A DNA stretch of 64,000 nucleotides from Bilabrum cf. latius (Eukaryota): the NCBI GenBank assembly GCA_965178125.1, contig OZ237742.1, positions 372,001 to 436,000 on the forward strand, read 5' to 3'. The position numbers and the translations under genes are program-made. Positions 63,901 to 64,000 of the stretch are shown piece by piece. The first letter of the stretch is position 1. Every line of letters starts with the position of its first letter. The notes below the pieces were generated by a model. It worked only from the letters and a program-made list of their open reading frames with translations, was not told where the DNA came from and searched no databases.

Positions 63901-63988
63901 TGGCGCATCAGGCAGTGCAGCTGACAAGACTGGAGTCAGTGGCTCGTCCGCAGCACCAGTTGGTGCCGGGCCGATGGACGCTGACTGA
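60959..63988 (+). CDS. NVL: NVL/Rix7-type double AAA+ ATPase (60S ribosome biogenesis), ~1009 aa
   Basis: N-terminal DPRL...[13 protein letters not shown]1 [16 protein letters not shown]2 [55 protein letters not shown]. 7 TAGs (61007, 61025, 61172, 62087, 63014, 63218, 63857); TGA at 63986. Confidence 0.93.
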
Positions 63989-64000
63989 TCTGGGGACGCA

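Noticed and set aside
1686-63988. Interpreting TAG-interrupted genes as pseudogenes or sequencing errors
   Set aside because: Every interruption is TAG, never TAA/TGA or a frameshift. They affect essential genes with intact catalytic motifs on both strands.
1686-63988. Pyrrolysine or selenocysteine recoding
   Set aside because: This is a eukaryotic locus. TAGs are numerous, occur in unrelated proteins and align with Gln-type positions. No in-frame TGA is seen.

Overview
Compact, GC-rich eukaryotic (protist) nuclear DNA. It has short GT-AG introns, genes in almost strictly alternating orientation, and eukaryotic families: Twinkle, ACC, CYP51, NVL/Rix7, UNC93, papain and HMG-bromodomain. The main result is that the ORF track is fragmented because TAG is not a stop codon here. 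Same-frame ORF pieces join across isolated in-frame TAGs into 14 coherent genes; a 15th gene, a papain protease, has an unresolved junction. By manual count there are about 69 in-frame TAGs in about 17,900 codons, with no in-frame TAA or TGA in any exon. TAGs fall at conserved Gln positions (e.g. NVL RVVN*LLTELDG, UNC93 AYNTI*SL). With TAG read as sense, 13 genes end in TGA and one (CYP51) ends in TAA. This suggests a rare uncoupled nuclear code: UAG=Gln, UAA/UGA=stop. The window also holds a tRNA-Arg(CCG) gene whose 3' half seeds a 17-copy ~146-bp satellite, and two head-to-head >3,100-aa surface proteins, one built from ~16 copies of an unrecognised 4-Cys module. A CYP51/second-P450 head-to-head pair lies within a lipid-gene neighbourhood. 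Taxon (possibly a heterotrophic stramenopile) is only an impression. All counts are manual and no searches were run.
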